A DNA stretch of 64,000 nucleotides from Zunongwangia sp. (GTDB taxonomy: Bacteria; Bacteroidota; Bacteroidia; Flavobacteriales; Flavobacteriaceae). The stretch is from contig NZ_JBLXIB010000012.1 in assembly GCF_048269745.1 (NCBI RefSeq), positions 25,158 through 89,157 of the forward strand, given 5' to 3'. Under the pieces are notes generated by a model. It saw only the letters and a program-made list of their open reading frames with translations. It had not been told where the DNA came from and ran no database searches. Every line of letters starts with the position of its first letter. Within the stretch, counting starts at the first letter, position 1. Of the stretch, positions 28,824 to 38,050 are shown piece after piece. A program made the translations under genes and the position numbers.

Positions 28824-29115
28824 TTTTTGCTAAAATTATTTGCAATAATAAAATTTAGTTGTATATTTATCTAACAATATTAGCTAATAGAATTGATAAT
28901 TACTAATTTATTTGGTTATATCTTGATTTTAGTTTTAAAATCTTGAACTTGCTAAATAAATTAGCTTGACGTAGATATTTTTAATTTTAACCTAAACAAC
29001 CAATGATAACAGTAATAATTACTAGCGTGATTTTGTTAATAATACCTTAAAATAGATTAGATTTTTTGTATTATTATACCAAGTTATTTAACACCAATCA
29101 AAAAATACTTTCTAG

Positions 29116-29511
29116 ATGAAAAATCACTATCAGATTACCAAAAATTTTCTGTTAGAGCTTAATTTCAATATTGATTTTGAAAATGAAGCTGAAGGAATCT
29201 TAATGATTCGAAGAGAAAATTTTGGGATTAAAAACCTTATCCTGGGTGTTGCGCCACCTATTTTAATAATGGAGCAGTTTTTATTCAGAATAAACAACCA
29301 ATCAGAAAAGATTTATCGTAGTCTGCTCCAGAAGAACCGTGATATTATCCATGGAGCATTTGTAGTAGACGATTCAGGAGAAAAAGTGATCTTTAGGGAT
29401 ACACTTCAGATAGAGAACTTAGATCTAAACGAGCTAGAAGGATCTTTAAACTCACTCAGTTTATTGATGAGTGAATATTCAGATAAAATTATAGAATTTT
29501 CAAAATATTAA
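29116..29511 (+). CDS. Small cytoplasmic protein, YjfI/DUF2170- or YbjN-like (first gene of the PspA cluster)
   Basis: 131 aa, no TM segment. Its size and its position immediately 5' of a PspA-family gene mirror E. coli yjfI-yjfJ. The assignment rests on context and is not confirmed. Confidence 0.3.
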   Translation: MKNHYQITKNFLLELNFNIDFENEAEGILMIRRENFGIKNLILGVAPPILIMEQFLFRINNQSEKIYRSLLQKNRDIIHGAFVVDDSGEKVIFRDTLQIENLDLNELEGSLNSLSLLMSEYSDKIIEFSKY

Positions 29512-29522
29512 ACCTTAGCGTT

Positions 29523-30236
29523 ATGAACATTTTTAGACGATTATTTAAAATAGGAGAAGCTGAAGCAAATTCGGCAATCGACAATATGGAAGATCCTATC
29601 AAGTTAACTGAACAGGGAATTAGAGATCTTAGAAAAGATTTAGAAAAAAATATGGAAGCTTTAGCTCAGGTAAAAGCTTTAGCCATTCGGGCCAAAAATG
29701 ATCAAGATGAATATCTCGATAAAAAGGATGATTATCATAATAAAGCGATTTTGATCCTGAAAAAAGGACAAAGTGGTGATATGGATAAAACAGAAGCAGA
29801 TCGTCTTGCCCGTGAGGCCTTAGTAAAAAAAGAAGAAGCCCAAAAGCATGTAGATCGGTCTGAAGAAGAAGCGAAGAAGTTCAATGAAAATGTGGCACAG
29901 TTAGAACGTAATATTCAAACCATCAAATCGAATATCAGTAATTGGGAAAACGAACTTAGAACGCTTAAAGCTCGCGTAAAAGTGAGTAATGCCACAAAGA
30001 GCCTTAACAAGCAAATGGCTGAAATTGATAGTAGTAGTACCGTTTCAATGTTGGAACGTATGAAGGAAAAAGTAGCTCAGGAAGAAGCTTTGGCAGAGGC
30101 TTACGGTGATATTGCTGGTGCATCTAAATCTATAGATGATGAGCTTGAAAAAGCTGCGAGCACTACTGAAGCTAAAGCCGAAGATGACCTTAGCAAACTT
30201 AAAGATCAGTTAGGTTTAAATGAAGATAAAAAATAA
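29523..30236 (+). CDS. pspA: PspA/IM30 (phage shock protein A / Vipp1 / ESCRT-III-like) family protein
   Basis: 237 aa, all predicted coiled coil. The N-terminus MNIFRRLFKIGEAEANSAIDNMEDPIKLTEQGIRDL parallels E. coli PspA ([31 protein letters not shown]...). Confidence 0.8.
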   Translation: MNIFRRLFKIGEAEANSAIDNMEDPIKLTEQGIRDLRKDLEKNMEALAQVKALAIRAKNDQDEYLDKKDDYHNKAILILKKGQSGDMDKTEADRLAREALVKKEEAQKHVDRSEEEAKKFNENVAQLERNIQTIKSNISNWENELRTLKARVKVSNATKSLNKQMAEIDSSSTVSMLERMKEKVAQEEALAEAYGDIAGASKSIDDELEKAASTTEAKAEDDLSKLKDQLGLNEDKK

Positions 30237-30241
30237 CGAAA

Positions 30242-30946
30242 TTGACCAGTTTAACAGACATATTATTTTCTGAGGTAAACATTACCCTTAGCATTCTCTG
30301 TATTTTATTAATCGTTTATTGGTTGCTTACCATGATTAGCGGTATCGAATTTGAATACGATATGGATATAGATATCGACGCCGATATGGACGTCGATATT
30401 TCAACAGACGGTTCGAATATGGAATTTCAGGATGTATCGAATGCCGAGCTGAATAAAGAAGATGTGGTAGGTAAACGTATCCAACCTCTAAAATGGTGGC
30501 AAATTATGTTGATCTACTTCAACTTTGTCGGGCTACCTTTTATGTTCACTTTTACCTGTTTTGTTTTTATCTGGTGGTTTACCACGGCAATAACAACTGC
30601 GCTCACATTTACCTATGACAACTTTATAGGTTTTGCAATAATGATAGCTGCGTTTTTTACCTCTTTATTTGTAAATAAGATATTTACTACACCTTTTAAA
30701 GGTTTCTTTAAAAACCTGAATAAAGATGGCGATAAAGCCACTGATTATATTGGCAGGCAAGGGGTTTTATTATCGACCATTTCTGGAGATAAAATGGGCA
30801 ATGCAGAGATTTCAGCCAATGGCGATTCACATTCTATTTACGTAAAATCGCTAGACGGCCATCAGCTTAATTATCAAGACAAAATTTTAATTATCAAGCA
30901 GTCTGCTGATAAAAATTATTTCTTAGTACAATCTTATAACGACTAA
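30242..30946 (+). CDS. YqiJ/NfeD-like inner-membrane protein (DUF1449-type) with a C-terminal OB-fold
   Basis: An acidic DMDIDIDADMDVD stretch, three to four TM helices, then a C-terminal soluble beta domain (GRQGVLLSTISGDKMGNAEISANGDSHSIYVKS) typical of NfeD/YqiJ partners of SPFH proteins. It sits immediately upstream of the flotillin gene, as in E. coli yqiJ-yqiK. Confidence 0.6.
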   Translation: MTSLTDILFSEVNITLSILCILLIVYWLLTMISGIEFEYDMDIDIDADMDVDISTDGSNMEFQDVSNAELNKEDVVGKRIQPLKWWQIMLIYFNFVGLPFMFTFTCFVFIWWFTTAITTALTFTYDNFIGFAIMIAAFFTSLFVNKIFTTPFKGFFKNLNKDGDKATDYIGRQGVLLSTISGDKMGNAEISANGDSHSIYVKSLDGHQLNYQDKILIIKQSADKNYFLVQSYND

Positions 30947-30961
30947 ACTTAACTACTTAAA

Positions 30962-33040
30962 ATGAATTATATTTTATCAATTATCGTAATGGGATTGGGT
31001 GGGGTAGCTTTCCTAATCGTCATTTACTTCGCAGTTATAGCGATGTTTTACAAAAAAGTTCCACAAGGCCGTGCCATTGTTCGTACTGGCTTTAGAGGAA
31101 CAAAGGTAGCCACAGATAAAGGAATGTATGTTGTTCCTGTTTTGCATAAAATGGAGATAATGGATATTTCTGTAAAGAAGATCCAGATTGAAAGAATGGA
31201 ACACGAAGGTTTAATTTGCCGCGATAATATGCGTGCAGATATTAAAGTAGCCTTTTTTGTTCGAGTGAATAATGATATCTCTTTCATTAAAAGAGTGGCA
31301 CAAACCATTGGTGTAGATCGTGCATCCAGAATCGAAACTTTAGAGGATCTTTTTGAAGCTAAATTTTCTGAAGCCTTAAAAACAGTAGGAAAGAAGTTTG
31401 ATTTTATCGAACTATACGAAGCTCGTCGTGAGTTTAGAGACGAAATTGTAAATATTATTGGTACCGATCTTAACGGCTATACTTTAGAAGATTGTGCGAT
31501 AGACTTTCTAGAACAAACGCCAATTACACATCTTAAGCCAGATAATATTCTGGATTCGGAAGGTATCAAAAAAATTACCGAGCTTACTGCTGTTCAGAAT
31601 ATGAAAGCGAACCTTATTAAGCGTGACGAAGAAAAAACCATCAGAAAACAAGATGTTGAAGCACGTGAAGCTATTCTAGAATTAGATAAGCAGTTAGCGG
31701 AAAAAGAAGAGGCGCAAAAACGAGAAATTGCTAATATTAAAGCTAGAGAACATGCGGAAATTAGTAAAGTTTCTGAAGAAGAACGATTAAAATCGGAGTC
31801 AGCCAGAATTTCTACCGAAGAAAAAGTAAAAGTAGCCGAAGAAAATATGAACCGCCAGATCATCGTGGCGGCGAAAAACAAAGAACGAACAGAAGCAGTA
31901 GAAAGCGAACGAGTTGAAAAAGATCGTATGCTGGAAGCTACCGAGAGAGAACGTATTGTGACACTTGCTCAAATTGAAAAAGAAAAAGTTCTTGAAGTAG
32001 AGAAGAAAAACATTCAGGATGTCATTAGAGATCGTGTAATGTTAGAAAAAGGTGTGGTTGAAGAGCAAGAGAACATGAAAGATATTCAAGCTTTTAAAAC
32101 GGCCGATCGTGAAAAGCAAGTAAAAGTTACTATTGCTGAGGCAAATGCACAGGAAGATTTGATTAAAACAATTAAAGCTGCTGAAGCTCAAAAAGAAGCT
32201 GCCAAGCAAAAAGCAGAAGAAATTAATATCGAAGCACAGGCGCATAAAGAAGCCAGTGAGAAAGAAGCCGAAGCTAGAAAAACGATTGCTGAAGCTAAAG
32301 CGAAAGAAGAAGCAACAATTGGTTTATCTGAAGCTGAAGTAATGCATGCTAAAGCCGATGCTAACGAAAGACAAGGACTTATGGAAGCGCTTATCATCGA
32401 GAAAAAAGCCAAAGCTGAAGCTGCTGGAATGGAAGCTAAAGCCGAAGCTAGTAGAAAAGAAGGAAAAGCTGCTGCCGATGTTATTAGAGATAAAGCACTT
32501 GCCGATGCTGCAGGTATCGAAGAAAAAGCTGCTGCTATGAAGAAACTTGATGGTGTTGGTAAAGAGCATGAAGAATTTAAGTTGAAACTGGATAAAGAAT
32601 TGCAAGTAGATTTAGCACATATTAATATTCAAAAAGATATCGCTGATGCTCAGGCTAGTGTAATTAGTGATGCGCTGAAAGCCGCTAAAATTGATATTGT
32701 TGGTGGTGAAACCATGTTCTTCGATCAAATCATAGGTCAGATAACCAGAGGTAAAGGATTCGACAGATTGGTTCAAAACAGTTCTAATATTCAGGATTTA
32801 AAAGATTCTATTTTAGGAAGTGACGATATTAAGGGGAATTTATTAACCAAAGTACGTGAGTTTTCAGAGAAATATGGAATTTCTTCCGAAGACATCAAAA
32901 ACCTTACGATCGCTAATTTGATTATGGAACTAAAAGGTCGCTCTAACGATCAAAATGAGCAAACCATGTTAGGCAATTTATTCAACCTGGCGAAAGGTTT
33001 AGGATTGTCAGATCAGCGAGTATCAACCTTAAAGGTTTGA
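30962..33040 (+). CDS. Flotillin-like SPFH/Band-7 protein (YqiK-like) with an extended E/A/K-rich coiled-coil tail
   Basis: N-terminal TM helix, an SPFH domain (VPQGRAIVRTGFRGTKV...MEIMDISV...), roughly 350 aa of EA-repeat coiled coil and a C-terminal flotillin domain. 692 aa. Confidence 0.85.
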   Translation: MNYILSIIVMGLGGVAFLIVIYFAVIAMFYKKVPQGRAIVRTGFRGTKVATDKGMYVVPVLHKMEIMDISVKKIQIERMEHEGLICRDNMRADIKVAFFVRVNNDISFIKRVAQTIGVDRASRIETLEDLFEAKFSEALKTVGKKFDFIELYEARREFRDEIVNIIGTDLNGYTLEDCAIDFLEQTPITHLKPDNILDSEGIKKITELTAVQNMKANLIKRDEEKTIRKQDVEAREAILELDKQLAEKEEAQKREIANIKAREHAEISKVSEEERLKSESARISTEEKVKVAEENMNRQIIVAAKNKERTEAVESERVEKDRMLEATERERIVTLAQIEKEKVLEVEKKNIQDVIRDRVMLEKGVVEEQENMKDIQAFKTADREKQVKVTIAEANAQEDLIKTIKAAEAQKEAAKQKAEEINIEAQAHKEASEKEAEARKTIAEAKAKEEATIGLSEAEVMHAKADANERQGLMEALIIEKKAKAEAAGMEAKAEASRKEGKAAADVIRDKALADAAGIEEKAAAMKKLDGVGKEHEEFKLKLDKELQVDLAHINIQKDIADAQASVISDALKAAKIDIVGGETMFFDQIIGQITRGKGFDRLVQNSSNIQDLKDSILGSDDIKGNLLTKVREFSEKYGISSEDIKNLTIANLIMELKGRSNDQNEQTMLGNLFNLAKGLGLSDQRVSTLKV

Positions 33041-33082
33041 TCTAATATTTAAAGTAATTTGATTTAGATTTAGAGCTATGTT

Positions 33083-33103
33083 ATCCCGGGCTTACCCCGG
33101 GAT
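33083..33103 (+). promoter_or_regulatory. GC-rich intracistronic hairpin between the flotillin gene and the giant ATPase gene
   Basis: atcccggg-ctta-cccgggat forms an 8-bp G/C stem in an otherwise AT-rich spacer, followed by a weak T-rich tract. It could be a partial terminator or a processing site. Confidence 0.4.
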
Positions 33104-33173
33104 CTCATCCTCTTTGTTTTCTTACGTTTTAGGAATTACTAAAAATCAACCCTAACCCTTACCATAAAACCTA

Positions 33174-36100
33174 ATGAATACTAACAAAGAAAAACCGATA
33201 CAAAAAGATGCTTTAGATGGTGGGACTTATGAGATTATTCGTAAGCGTCTTAACACTCATAAATCTGATTTACAGGAACGTCTTAACACATTAAATGATG
33301 CCCGAAAAACGGTTTTTGGTTCTCTTGAAACACAGTTAATTGCAAATAACCGCATTAGTACCGAAAATAACTGTGTTGCCAGGGATATAATTTCGCTGGG
33401 AAATACCTGCATTTTCGGTTATAACGTGCATTTTGGTTTGCGTACCGATATTAAGCTCTCTGATGTTTTTAGTATTTACAAATTCGATAATGAACATTTT
33501 GAGTCGGTTTCTTTAGAGCTTTTGGAAGATGAAACATTTAAAACCGATTTTTCAAATTTATATAAGTATTATCGAAATACAATTTTTACCAAGTTTGCCA
33601 AGATAGGGAATTACCTGCATATGGTATTTCAGCTTAGCGATAGCGTAACCGATATAAAAACCTTTAAATGGCTTATCAAGGATAATACTCTTACCTATAT
33701 CGATAATCGTAGCGAGCATGAGTTTAAATACCCAAAACAGTATCAATTTAACTGGCAGGAAGCTACTAGAGATATGCAACGTTATGGCGAACATCCACAT
33801 GTGGCGATTTTAGATAAAGTGTTTGTAGAAACCATTGGTGGCGATCTAACCATTAAAATTGAAGATAATACAAACGATGGAATGGGAATCTATTCCGAAC
33901 CTGTAGATTATAAAGATCAAACTTTGGATGATGGCCAGATTCGCTTTGCTGATTTAGGGAATCTGATTGTGTTGGAAATTAAACCATTTCAGGAAGAAGC
34001 ACGCTATTTTGTGTATAATCATAAAATGCAGGAAGTGCAGAAAATTGATTCCATCAAAGAAACTGCTATATTATTGCCCGACGATCAGGGGATTATTTTT
34101 CCTAATGGTTATTATTTGCAAACCGGAGAATTTCATTTGTTTTCTAACGAAGTTCAATCTTGGAAATATCAGGAAACCATTAGTTCTCCCAATGGAGAAG
34201 ATTTTTTATATATTTTCTATTCGCCATCCAAAAGCGCTTATCTGCTAATGGATTATAATATGATCGAGCAGGAAATAAAAACGCCTATTGTTTGTGGCGG
34301 CTTCACGATTTTACCCGGTGGCGAGCTTTGTTATTTTAAAGCCGAAGACGAGCAAACTAAACATCATATGATTCAGATTTGGCAGACGCCATATCTGGAA
34401 GGCGATATAATGCCTTCTGAACATCAGGATTCGATGTTGTATAAAATCGGAAATAAAGATATTGTAAAAGCAATGGCCGAGGCTAACGAGCTTCTCACTT
34501 TGCTTAGTAAAGAAGATAATTATGATGGTTTATATGCGGATATAGCAAAATCATCAAAAAATATTTTAGATGCCTTTTATTGGTTGAATGAAAAGGAAAC
34601 TGCTGTTTTAAGTGAACCTTTAAAAGAAATAAATATAGCTGCTAATGCAGCAATCGATGAGTTTCAGAAAGTAATTCAACTTAAGAAAAATGCTGAAAAA
34701 CAAACCCAGGAAATTCAGCAAAAAGCACAAGAGCTTTTCAGTAAAATAAAAAGCACTTCATTTAAAAACATTAATGAATTTGTTGTATTACTCTCTCAAT
34801 TACGAGCCTTGCGCGGCGAGGTTATTGGCCTTTATGAAATTAGATACGTAAACGAAGAATTTATTAAGTCTCTTGAAACTGAAATAGCTGAACAAACAAC
34901 AAAAATTTCAAGGCGCTGCGTCGAATTTTTACTGAATGATAAAGCATTGCAGCCTTATCATGATAAAGTTGATGAGAAGAAGCAACGATTAGCCGATATT
35001 AGCAAAGTTCTTGAAGCTAAAAACTTAGAAGATGAGGTAACCCAGATAGCGATTGATCTGGAAATGCTTATCGATATTGTATCAAACCTTGATATTGAAG
35101 ATACATCACATTCTACCAAAATTATCGATAATATTTCGCTAATTTTTGCAACCATAAACCAGCTTAAAGCAGCAATTAAGAATAAGAAAAAGTCGCTTGG
35201 AAGTAAAGAAGCTAAAGCCGATTTTGCAGCTCAGTTAAAACTTATAGATCAGAGTATTATTAATTATCTGGATATTGCTTCTACTCCTGAAAAGTGTGAT
35301 GAATTTCAAACAAAAGTCAGCATACAACTGGAAGAATTAGAAGGGAAATTTGCCGATTTTGAAGAGTTTATTACTGAAATAATCGAAAAGCGAGAAGAAG
35401 TTTATAATGCTTTTGAAAGTAAAAAAAGCGCTATTAACGAAAAGCGAAATAAAAAAGCCATTGCGCTGCAAACTGCTTCGGATAGGATTTTAAAAAGTGT
35501 TGGCAAAAAAGCTGAAAGTCTACACTCGGTTTCAGAAATTAACGGGTATTACGCTTCAGATCTTATGGTTAACAAACTTCGCGATATTGTGGAGCAATTA
35601 CGTGAGCTAGATGATAGTGGTAATGCCGAAGAAATTGAAACTTCCCTTAAAACCAGTAGGGAAGATGCTTTACGAAAGCTTAAAGACAAACAGGATCTTT
35701 ACGAAGATGGCGAAAATATCATCAAACTTGGAAATCATAAATTTGGGGTAAACCGCCAAGATTTAGATTTAAGTATTGTTTTTAAGGATGATCAATTATT
35801 TTATCATTTAAGCGGTACCGATTTTTATCAGGAATTACAGAATGATATTTTAAATAATAGCCGAGAATATTGGGATCAGGAATTTATTTCTGAAAATGAT
35901 TCAGTGTACCGAGCATCGTTTTTAGCTTTCAAAATTTATAAAAATAATGCGTTTGAAAAACTTTCAGGATTAACAGAAGCTGAATTGCTGAAGTTAATTC
36001 AGGAAGAAAGCAGTAGCAATTATGCTGAAGGTTATATAAAAGGTGTTCACGATCTGGATGCGGCTAAAATTTTACAAGTTTTAGTACAAAAACATCAAGA

Positions 36101-38042
36101 TTTAGGCATTCTAAAATATAGATCTGAAATTCGTGCTTTTGCGAGATTTTTTTGGAATCAGTTAGATAAAGATTCCAAACAAGGTTATAACAATTCTATT
36201 AAAGCATCAGGCCAGGTTTTAAAATATTTTCCAAATACACGGGAATATGACTTTTTAATTCAGGAGTTAGAACAGGTAATAAGCGAATTTGGACAAAATT
36301 CAGGTTTATTTTCTCCGGAAATGAGTTTAGAAATCGCTCAGTATCTATTTGAAGAATTGCAAAGTGATGATCGTTTTGTAGTAAGTGGTTTAGCAAAAAA
36401 GCTTGCTGAAGATTTTCAGCAGATGTTGAATAAGGAAAAGGCAGAAAGTCAATTTCAAAATAGTATAGAAAGTTTACACTCATATTCTGCTAAAATTAGG
36501 TTGGTTAAACAATGGCTTCAGGCTTTTGCTAAATCAAAATTAGTAGAAAATCAGATAGGTTATATTGATGAAGCGGCTTGTTGTATTTTGTTTCCGCAGC
36601 AAACTCCGGAAGTGAATCATATCAATCCTTCAACAGTAATTTCAGGTTTAAAAGGCGACCATAAATATATCGAAAATGGGCAATATCAGTTCGATTTTCA
36701 TGAGTTTACGCAAAAACTTCAGTTGTATTTTAATTATAGTGTTCCAGCCTTTCAAGCGTTTAGAAAGGCAAGACATCAGGTAACCGAGGAGTTGAAAGAC
36801 CAATTGAAATTAGACGAATTTAAGCCCCGAGTTTTAACTTCTTTTGTTCGAAATAAATTAATCGACCAGGTATATTTTCCGCTTTTCGGAGAAAATTTAG
36901 CCAAGCAATTGGGAAGTGTAGGGGAGAACCGCCGTACCGATCGTATGGGAATGTTGTTGTTAATTTCGCCACCGGGATACGGGAAGACCACCTTAATGGA
37001 GTATATCGCAAACCGGCTTGGTTTGATATTTATGAAAATTAACGGCCCGGCGATTGGCCACGATATTACTTCGGTAGATCCAGATGCAGCCACTAACTCG
37101 GCTTCCCGAGAAGAATTAAAAAAGCTGAATCTGGCTTTTGAAATGGGAAATAATGTGATGTTATACTTAGACGATATTCAGCATTGTAATCCCGAATTTT
37201 TACAGAAGTTTATTTCACTGGCTGACGGAACTCGAAAAATCGAAGGTATTTTTAATGGAAAACCTAAAACTTACGATTTACGCGGAAAGAAATTTTGCGT
37301 GATTATGGCAGGAAATCCGTATACAGAAAGTGGTGAGAAATTTAGAATTCCCGATATGCTTTCTAACCGAGCTGATATTTATAATTTGGGAGATATAATT
37401 GGCGATACCGAAAGCTTGTTTAAATTAAGTTTATTGGAAAATTCGTTAACCTCTAATCCGGTCTTACACCAATTAAGCTCTCGAAATTTTGATGATGTGT
37501 ATACACTTGTGGATCGTGTAGAAAATAATTCGGATGTCGGAGAATTAAAGGGAAACCATACGCAACAGGAAATTCAGGATTATAAATCTGTTTTAGAAAA
37601 AGTACTCAGTATCCGTGATACGGTTTTAAAAGTGAATGCTACTTATATTAAATCGGCTGGAATGGAAGATGAGTACCGAACCGAGCCTGCATTTAAGCTT
37701 CAAGGATCATATCGGGATATGAATAAACTGGTTTCTAAAGTGGTGCCAATTATGAATGATAAAGAACTAAATAGTTTATTATTATCCCATTACGAAAACG
37801 AATCGCAAACGCTTACTACAGCTGCAGAAGCTAACCTTTTAAAATTTAAAGAACTGCGCGGCGATATTTCTGAAAATGAACAAGCACGTTGGATAACTAT
37901 TAAAGAAACATTTTTAAAGAATAATAAATTGAAAGGTTTTGGTAACAAAAATGAAATGGCACAGGTATTATCGCAAATGATGATGTTTAGCGAAAATCTG
38001 GAAGGTATTAAAGAGGTTTTGCAACGCGGTTTTGAAAAATAA
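33174..38042 (+). CDS. Giant (1622 aa) cytoplasmic protein: N-terminal globular region, a central coiled-coil of about 700 aa, and a C-terminal MoxR/AAA_5-like P-loop ATPase
   Basis: No signal peptide or TM segment. Walker A LLLISPPGYGKTT (nt ~36966-36992). Walker B VMLYLDDIQH (nt ~37161-37181). Sensor-1/AAA_5-like FCVIMAGNPY (nt ~37299-37322). The next segment, RIPDMLSNRADI, resembles the MoxR LPEAQLDRF region. The central region is K/E/Q-rich with heptad periodicity. Confidence 0.7.
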   Translation: MNTNKEKPIQKDALDGGTYEIIRKRLNTHKSDLQERLNTLNDARKTVFGSLETQLIANNRISTENNCVARDIISLGNTCIFGYNVHFGLRTDIKLSDVFSIYKFDNEHFESVSLELLEDETFKTDFSNLYKYYRNTIFTKFAKIGNYLHMVFQLSDSVTDIKTFKWLIKDNTLTYIDNRSEHEFKYPKQYQFNWQEATRDMQRYGEHPHVAILDKVFVETIGGDLTIKIEDNTNDGMGIYSEPVDYKDQTLDDGQIRFADLGNLIVLEIKPFQEEARYFVYNHKMQEVQKIDSIKETAILLPDDQGIIFPNGYYLQTGEFHLFSNEVQSWKYQETISSPNGEDFLYIFYSPSKSAYLLMDYNMIEQEIKTPIVCGGFTILPGGELCYFKAEDEQTKHHMIQIWQTPYLEGDIMPSEHQDSMLYKIGNKDIVKAMAEANELLTLLSKEDNYDGLYADIAKSSKNILDAFYWLNEKETAVLSEPLKEINIAANAAIDEFQKVIQLKKNAEKQTQEIQQKAQELFSKIKSTSFKNINEFVVLLSQLRALRGEVIGLYEIRYVNEEFIKSLETEIAEQTTKISRRCVEFLLNDKALQPYHDKVDEKKQRLADISKVLEAKNLEDEVTQIAIDLEMLIDIVSNLDIEDTSHSTKIIDNISLIFATINQLKAAIKNKKKSLGSKEAKADFAAQLKLIDQSIINYLDIASTPEKCDEFQTKVSIQLEELEGKFADFEEFITEIIEKREEVYNAFESKKSAINEKRNKKAIALQTASDRILKSVGKKAESLHSVSEINGYYASDLMVNKLRDIVEQLRELDDSGNAEEIETSLKTSREDALRKLKDKQDLYEDGENIIKLGNHKFGVNRQDLDLSIVFKDDQLFYHLSGTDFYQELQNDILNNSREYWDQEFISENDSVYRASFLAFKIYKNNAFEKLSGLTEAELLKLIQEESSSNYAEGYIKGVHDLDAAKILQVLVQKHQDLGILKYRSEIRAFARFFWNQLDKDSKQGYNNSIKASGQVLKYFPNTREYDFLIQELEQVISEFGQNSGLFSPEMSLEIAQYLFEELQSDDRFVVSGLAKKLAEDFQQMLNKEKAESQFQNSIESLHSYSAKIRLVKQWLQAFAKSKLVENQIGYIDEAACCILFPQQTPEVNHINPSTVISGLKGDHKYIENGQYQFDFHEFTQKLQLYFNYSVPAFQAFRKARHQVTEELKDQLKLDEFKPRVLTSFVRNKLIDQVYFPLFGENLAKQLGSVGENRRTDRMGMLLLISPPGYGKTTLMEYIANRLGLIFMKINGPAIGHDITSVDPDAATNSASREELKKLNLAFEMGNNVMLYLDDIQHCNPEFLQKFISLADGTRKIEGIFNGKPKTYDLRGKKFCVIMAGNPYTESGEKFRIPDMLSNRADIYNLGDIIGDTESLFKLSLLENSLTSNPVLHQLSSRNFDDVYTLVDRVENNSDVGELKGNHTQQEIQDYKSVLEKVLSIRDTVLKVNATYIKSAGMEDEYRTEPAFKLQGSYRDMNKLVSKVVPIMNDKELNSLLLSHYENESQTLTTAAEANLLKFKELRGDISENEQARWITIKETFLKNNKLKGFGNKNEMAQVLSQMMMFSENLEGIKEVLQRGFEK

Positions 38043-38050
38043 AATGTTTG

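Noticed and set aside
30355-30400. A short tandem gatatggat/gatatcgac-type repetition that could be mistaken for a mini repeat array.
   Set aside because: It is in frame within the YqiJ-like CDS and encodes the acidic DMDIDIDADMDVDI stretch. It has no spacer-repeat periodicity and is not a CRISPR or other non-coding repeat.
31594-32605. Several antisense ORFs of 60-95 aa (31594..31881, 32042..32245, 32188..32412, 32324..32605 on the minus strand, and 32346..32540 on the plus strand in another frame) inside the flotillin gene.
   Set aside because: They lie in the GAA/GCT-rich EA-repeat coiled-coil region, where low-complexity sequence leaves alternative frames open. Their translations are Ser/Phe/Leu low-complexity strings with no start context. 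They are artefacts of the repeat composition.
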